Shown here in pieces: positions 57,279 to 64,000 of a stretch of 64,000 nucleotides of DNA. The notes beneath the pieces were generated by a model that worked only from the letters and a program-made list of their open reading frames with translations, was not told the origin of the DNA and made no database searches. Position 1 is the first letter of the stretch. Every line of letters starts with the position of its first letter. The DNA comes from the human T2T-CHM13v2.0 reference genome, Homo sapiens: assembly GCF_009914755.1 (NCBI RefSeq), contig NC_060946.1; one strand, given 5' to 3'. Both the position numbers and the translations under genes were made by a program.

Positions 57279-57845
57279 TTGTGGGTGCCCTATTCCCCAT
57301 CTGATAACTTGTTGTAAGAAGCGCAGCATAATAGTGTGTGGGCTTGGGATTCTGTTTTTGAAACAAAATACTGAGCCTTCAATGACCTTTCGGTCTCTGT
57401 AAAAGCACTCCTGTCTTCCTGGCAGCTGTTGGACCTCACAATGTGGATTGTGCCCTCACCCTGCAATGTTGACGCCCTGTCGCCATGGTGACGGGATTAG
57501 GGATCTCCTGCTCTTGGTCCTAAGGGCCACTGTCTGTGCTGTGTTTTCAGAAGGTCAGAACAGATTGAACCTTTGTGGTTTTATTTTCCCTGAGTTTGAT
57601 TTTTCTCATGGGGAACCTGTGTTGCTGCTTTGAACGTATATTCATACTGGCCTTTCAAATGCCAACTCTTCATATTACTAGTTAATGCTTTCAAAATATG
57701 TTATTTAAAAAATTATCCTCAGTATTGTCCATATGCAGTTATAAATACGTTTCATGGTTATGTTTTATTCCTCAGTTTACATATTTGATTATTGTACCAA
57801 GCAGAGTACCTTTGAAATGTTTTTCCATTTAAAAAATATGAATCT

Positions 57846-58137
<292 letters not shown>

Positions 58138-60264
58138 TTATATATGGTATATACTATATGTTATGGAATATGCTTTATATGTAATATATAACCTCATATA
58201 TATTATATGTCATAATACATAATATTTATCCTATGTCATCTTATATATATTACGTATATTACATAACGTATATAATATATAATACATATTATGCATCTTA
58301 AATATGAAAATATATAATTATTGATAACATAACATATAGTTATATATAATATGATATATAACGTATATGCTATATCATATGTGATATATAATATATATAT
58401 TTTTATTACATATTATAATTTATATATATTATAATTTATATAAAGATATAATTATTTATGTAATATAAATAATTATATATAATTATATAATGAGGTATAA
58501 TATAAATAATAATATATACGATTACATATTTATGTAGTTATCTGTATAAAAATATAATTATATATATAATTATATATATCATATAATAGACAACATACAT
58601 ATTATATAATGTATAATATATATTATACAATATATGATACATATATGATATTTAATATATCATAATAGAATATATATTTTAATATTATGTATGTAACATA
58701 TATTATGTGATATATAATATATATTACGTAATATAAAATAATACAATATAATATATAGTATATTATGATATATTATGTAAAGTATGTAATAAAATTACAT
58801 ATAACATAATATATAGTTATGTATAATATAACGTATAATTATATACGTTATATTTTATATGTACATATAATATTATACAGTTATATATAATTTTGAATAG
58901 TTACATATAATGTAATATAAAACATATATAATATATATCATAAAATATATATTTTATACCATATATAATATGTATCATATATTGTGTGTTATATGTCATA
59001 TATTGTATATCATATATCGTATGTTATATGTTATATATATCACATTCCACATATTGTGTATTATAAATTATATATAATATATGACATACATTACATTATA
59101 TTTGATAAATTATACATTATATGTAACATAGTATATATTATATGTAACATGTATATTCTATGGAAAATATATAATATATAACATATATTACATATAATTA
59201 ATGACATAGACATATAATATATATTTAATATATGTATTATACATACAACATATTGTATATAATATATAACATATATTACATAAAATTCATAAAATATATA
59301 TATTGTATGTCATATTTTACATTTACAGTTATATATTATTATATGTTATTTTATCTCATATATAACATAGAAACAATATATATTATATATAATGTATATT
59401 ATATATAACATAGATATAATAGATATAATATATGTAATGTATATTATATATTTAATACGTATATTAACCATATAATATATTCTATATATGAAATATAATA
59501 TATCTTATATATGTCATAAAATATAACGTATATTATGTGTCATATTGTATAAATAGAATGCTTATCTATTATCAATTATTATATGACATATAATATATAT
59601 AATATAAGACGCAGGATGTAAAACAATATTATATATATGTTATATGTATTATATATACGATACTATATATTATTATATACATAATGTATATTTATATTTG
59701 TGGGTGCCCTATTCCCCATCTGATAACTTGTTGTAAGAAGCGCAGCGTAATAATGTGTGGGCTTGGGATTCTGTTTTTGAAACAAAACACTGAGCCTTCA
59801 ATGACCTTTCGGTCTCTGTAAAAGCACTCCTGTCTTCCTGGCAGCTGTTGGACCTCACAAGGTGGATTGTGCCCTCACCCTGCAATGTTGATGCCCTGTC
59901 GCCATGGTGACGGGATTAGGGATCTCCTGCTCTTGGTCCTAAGGGCCACTGTCTGTGCTGTGTTTTCCAAAGGTCAGAACAGATTGAACCTTTGTGGTTT
60001 TATTTTCCCTGAGTTTGATTTTTCTCATGGGGAACCTGTGTTGCTGCTTTGAACGTATATTCATACTGGCCTTTCAAATGCCAACTCTTCATATTACTAG
60101 TTAATGCTTTCAAAATATGTTATTTAAAAAATGATCCTCAGTATTGTCCATATGCAGTTATAAATACGTTTCATGGTTATGTTTTATTCCTCAGTTTACA
60201 TATTTGATTATTGTACCAAGCAGAGTACCTTTGAAATGTTTTTCCATTTAAAAAATATGAATCT

Positions 60265-60555
<291 letters not shown>

Positions 60556-62147
60556 TTATATATGGTATATACTATATGTTATGGAATATGCTTTATATGT
60601 AATATATAACCTCATATATATTATATGTCATAATACATAATATTTATCCTATGTCATCTTATATATATTATGTATATTACATAACGTATATAATATATAA
60701 TACATATTATGCATCTTATATATGAAAATATATAATTATAGATAACATAACATATAGTTATATATAATATGATATATAACATATATACTATATCATATGT
60801 AATATATAATATATATATTTTTATTACATATTATAATTTATATTTATTATAATTTATATAATGATATAATTATTTATATAATGTAAATAATTATATATAA
60901 TTATATAATGAGGTATAATATAAATAATAATATATATGATTACATATTTATATAGTTATATATATAAAAATATAATTATATATATAATTATATATATGAA
61001 AATATAATTATATATATAATTATATATATCATATAATAGACAACATACATATTATATAATGTATAATATACATTATACAACATATGATACATATATGATA
61101 TTTAATATATCATAATGGAATATATATTTTAATATTATGTATGTAACATATATTATGTGATATATAATATATATTATGTAATATAAAATAATATAATACA
61201 TATTATATTATGATATATTATATAAAGTATGTAATAAAATTATATATAACATAATGTATAGTTATGTATAATATAACATATAATTATATACATTATATTA
61301 TATATGTACATATAATATTATACAGTTATATATAATTTTAAATAGTTATCTGTAATACAATATAAAACATATTTAGTATATAACATAAAATATATATTGT
61401 ATACCATATATAATATGTATCATATATTGTGTGTTATATGTCATATATTGTATGTCATATATCATATATTATATGTTATATATATCACATTCCACATATT
61501 GTATTTTATAAATTATATATAATATATGACATACACTACATTATATTTGATAAATTATACATTATATGTAACATATAATATATTATATGTAACATGTATA
61601 TTCTATGGAAAATATATAATATATAACATATATTACATATAATTAATAACATAGACATATAATATATATTTAATATATGTATTATACATACAACATATTA
61701 TATATATAATATATAATATATATTACATAAAAGTCACAAAATATAATATATATTATATGTCATATTTTACATATACACTTATATATTATTACATGTTATT
61801 TTATCTTATATATAACATAGAAACAATATAAATTATATATAATGTATATTATATATAACATAGATATAATAGATATAATATATGTAATGTATATTATATA
61901 TTTAATACGTATATTAACCATATAATATATTCTATATATGAAATATAATATATCCTATATATGTCATAAAATATAACGTATATTATGTGTCATATTGTAT
62001 AAATATAATGCTTATCTATTATCAATTATTATATGACATATAATATATATAATATAAGACGCAGGATGTAAAACAATATTATATATATGTTATATGTATT
62101 ATATATACGCTACTATATATTACTATATACATAATGTATATATATAT
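60556..62147. repeat. Divergent AT-rich block, 2450-bp subtype, copy 3
   Basis: Same diagnostic changes as 45980-47571. Confidence 0.9.
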
Positions 62148-62714
62148 TTGTGGGTGCCCTATTCCCCATCTGATAACTTGTTGTAAGAAGCGCAGCATAA
62201 TAGTGTGTGGGCTTGGGATTCTGTTTTTGAAACAAAATACTGAGCCTTCAATGACCTTTCGGTCTCTGTAAAAGCACTCCTGTCTTCCTGGCAGCTGTTG
62301 GACCTCACAATGTGGATTGTGCCCTCACCCTGCAATGTTGACGCCCTGTCGCCATGGTGACGGGATTAGGGATCTCCTGCTCTTGGTCCTAAGGGCCACT
62401 GTCTGTGCTGTGTTTTCAGAAGGTCAGAACAGATTGAACCTTTGTGGTTTTATTTTCCCTGAGTTTGATTTTTCTCATGGGGAACCTGTGTTGCTGCTTT
62501 GAACGTATATTCATACTGGCCTTTCAAATGCCAACTCTTCATATTACTAGTTAATGCTTTCAAAATATGTTATTTAAAAAATTATCCTCAGTATTGTCCA
62601 TATGCAGTTATAAATACGTTTCATGGTTATGTTTTATTCCTCAGTTTACATATTTGATTATTGTACCAAGCAGAGTACCTTTGAAATGTTTTTCCATTTA
62701 AAAAATATGAATCT

Positions 62715-63006
<292 letters not shown>

Positions 63007-64000
63007 TTATATATGGTATATACTATATGTTATGGAATATGCTTTATATGTAATATATAACCTCATATATATTATATGTCATAATACATAATATTTATCC
63101 TATGTCATCTTATATATATTACGTATATTACATAACGTATATAATATATAATACATATTATGCATCTTAAATATGAAAATATATAATTATTGATAACATA
63201 ACATATAGTTATATATAATATGATATATAACGTATATGCTATATCATATGTGATATATAATATATATATTTTTATTACATATTATAATTTATATATATTA
63301 TAATTTATATAAAGATATAATTATTTATGTAATATAAATAATTATATATAATTATATAATGAGGTATAATATAAATAATAATATATACGATTACATATTT
63401 ATGTAGTTATCTGTATAAAAATATAATTATATATATAATTATATATATCATATAATAGACAACATACATATTATATAATGTATAATATATATTATACAAT
63501 ATATGATACATATATGATATTTAATATATCATAATAGAATATATATTTTAATATTATGTATGTAACATATATTATGTGATATATAATATATATTACGTAA
63601 TATAAAATAATACAATATAATATATATTATATTATGATATATTATGTAAAGTATGTAATAAAATTACATATAACATAATATATAGTTATGTATAATATAA
63701 CGTATAATTATATACGTTATATTTTATATGTACATATAATATTTTACAGTTATATATAATTTTGGATAGTTACATATAATGTAATATAAAACATATATAA
63801 TATATATCATAAAATATATATTTTATACCATATATAATATGTATCATATATTGTGTGTTATATGTCATATATTGTATATCATATATCGTATGTTATATGT
63901 TATATATATCACATTCCACATATTGTGTATTATAAATTATATATAATATATGACATACATTACATTATATTTGATAAATTATACATTATATGTAACATAG
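63007..64000. repeat. Partial AT-rich block of unit 27 (cut by the window end)
   Basis: Same sequence as the other AT-rich blocks. Confidence 0.9.

Overview
The whole window is one head-to-tail tandem array of a ~2.42-kb composite satellite unit: 26 complete units plus the start of a 27th, with periods of 2417-2450 bp read from the spacing of the repeated 61-aa ORF. Each unit has three parts. (i) A ~1.56-kb, extremely AT-rich degenerate (TA)n-like block. (ii) A ~0.57-kb HSATI-type segment. (iii) A diverged, 5'-truncated Alu (~292 bp, + strand) with an internal 16-bp duplication and an A8 tail. This architecture and the predicted ~2.0-kb HaeIII fragment match the human DYZ2/HSat1B satellite, best known from Yq12 heterochromatin; related HSat1B copies occur on acrocentric chromosomes. 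I find no credible protein-coding or RNA gene, and the listed ORFs are artefacts of the repeat. I cannot support a new biological system here. What deserves a second look is the array's internal history: a divergent 2450-bp subtype present three times, CpG-rich versus CpG-poor subtypes, a palindrome-centred duplication, mosaic units and multi-unit duplications.
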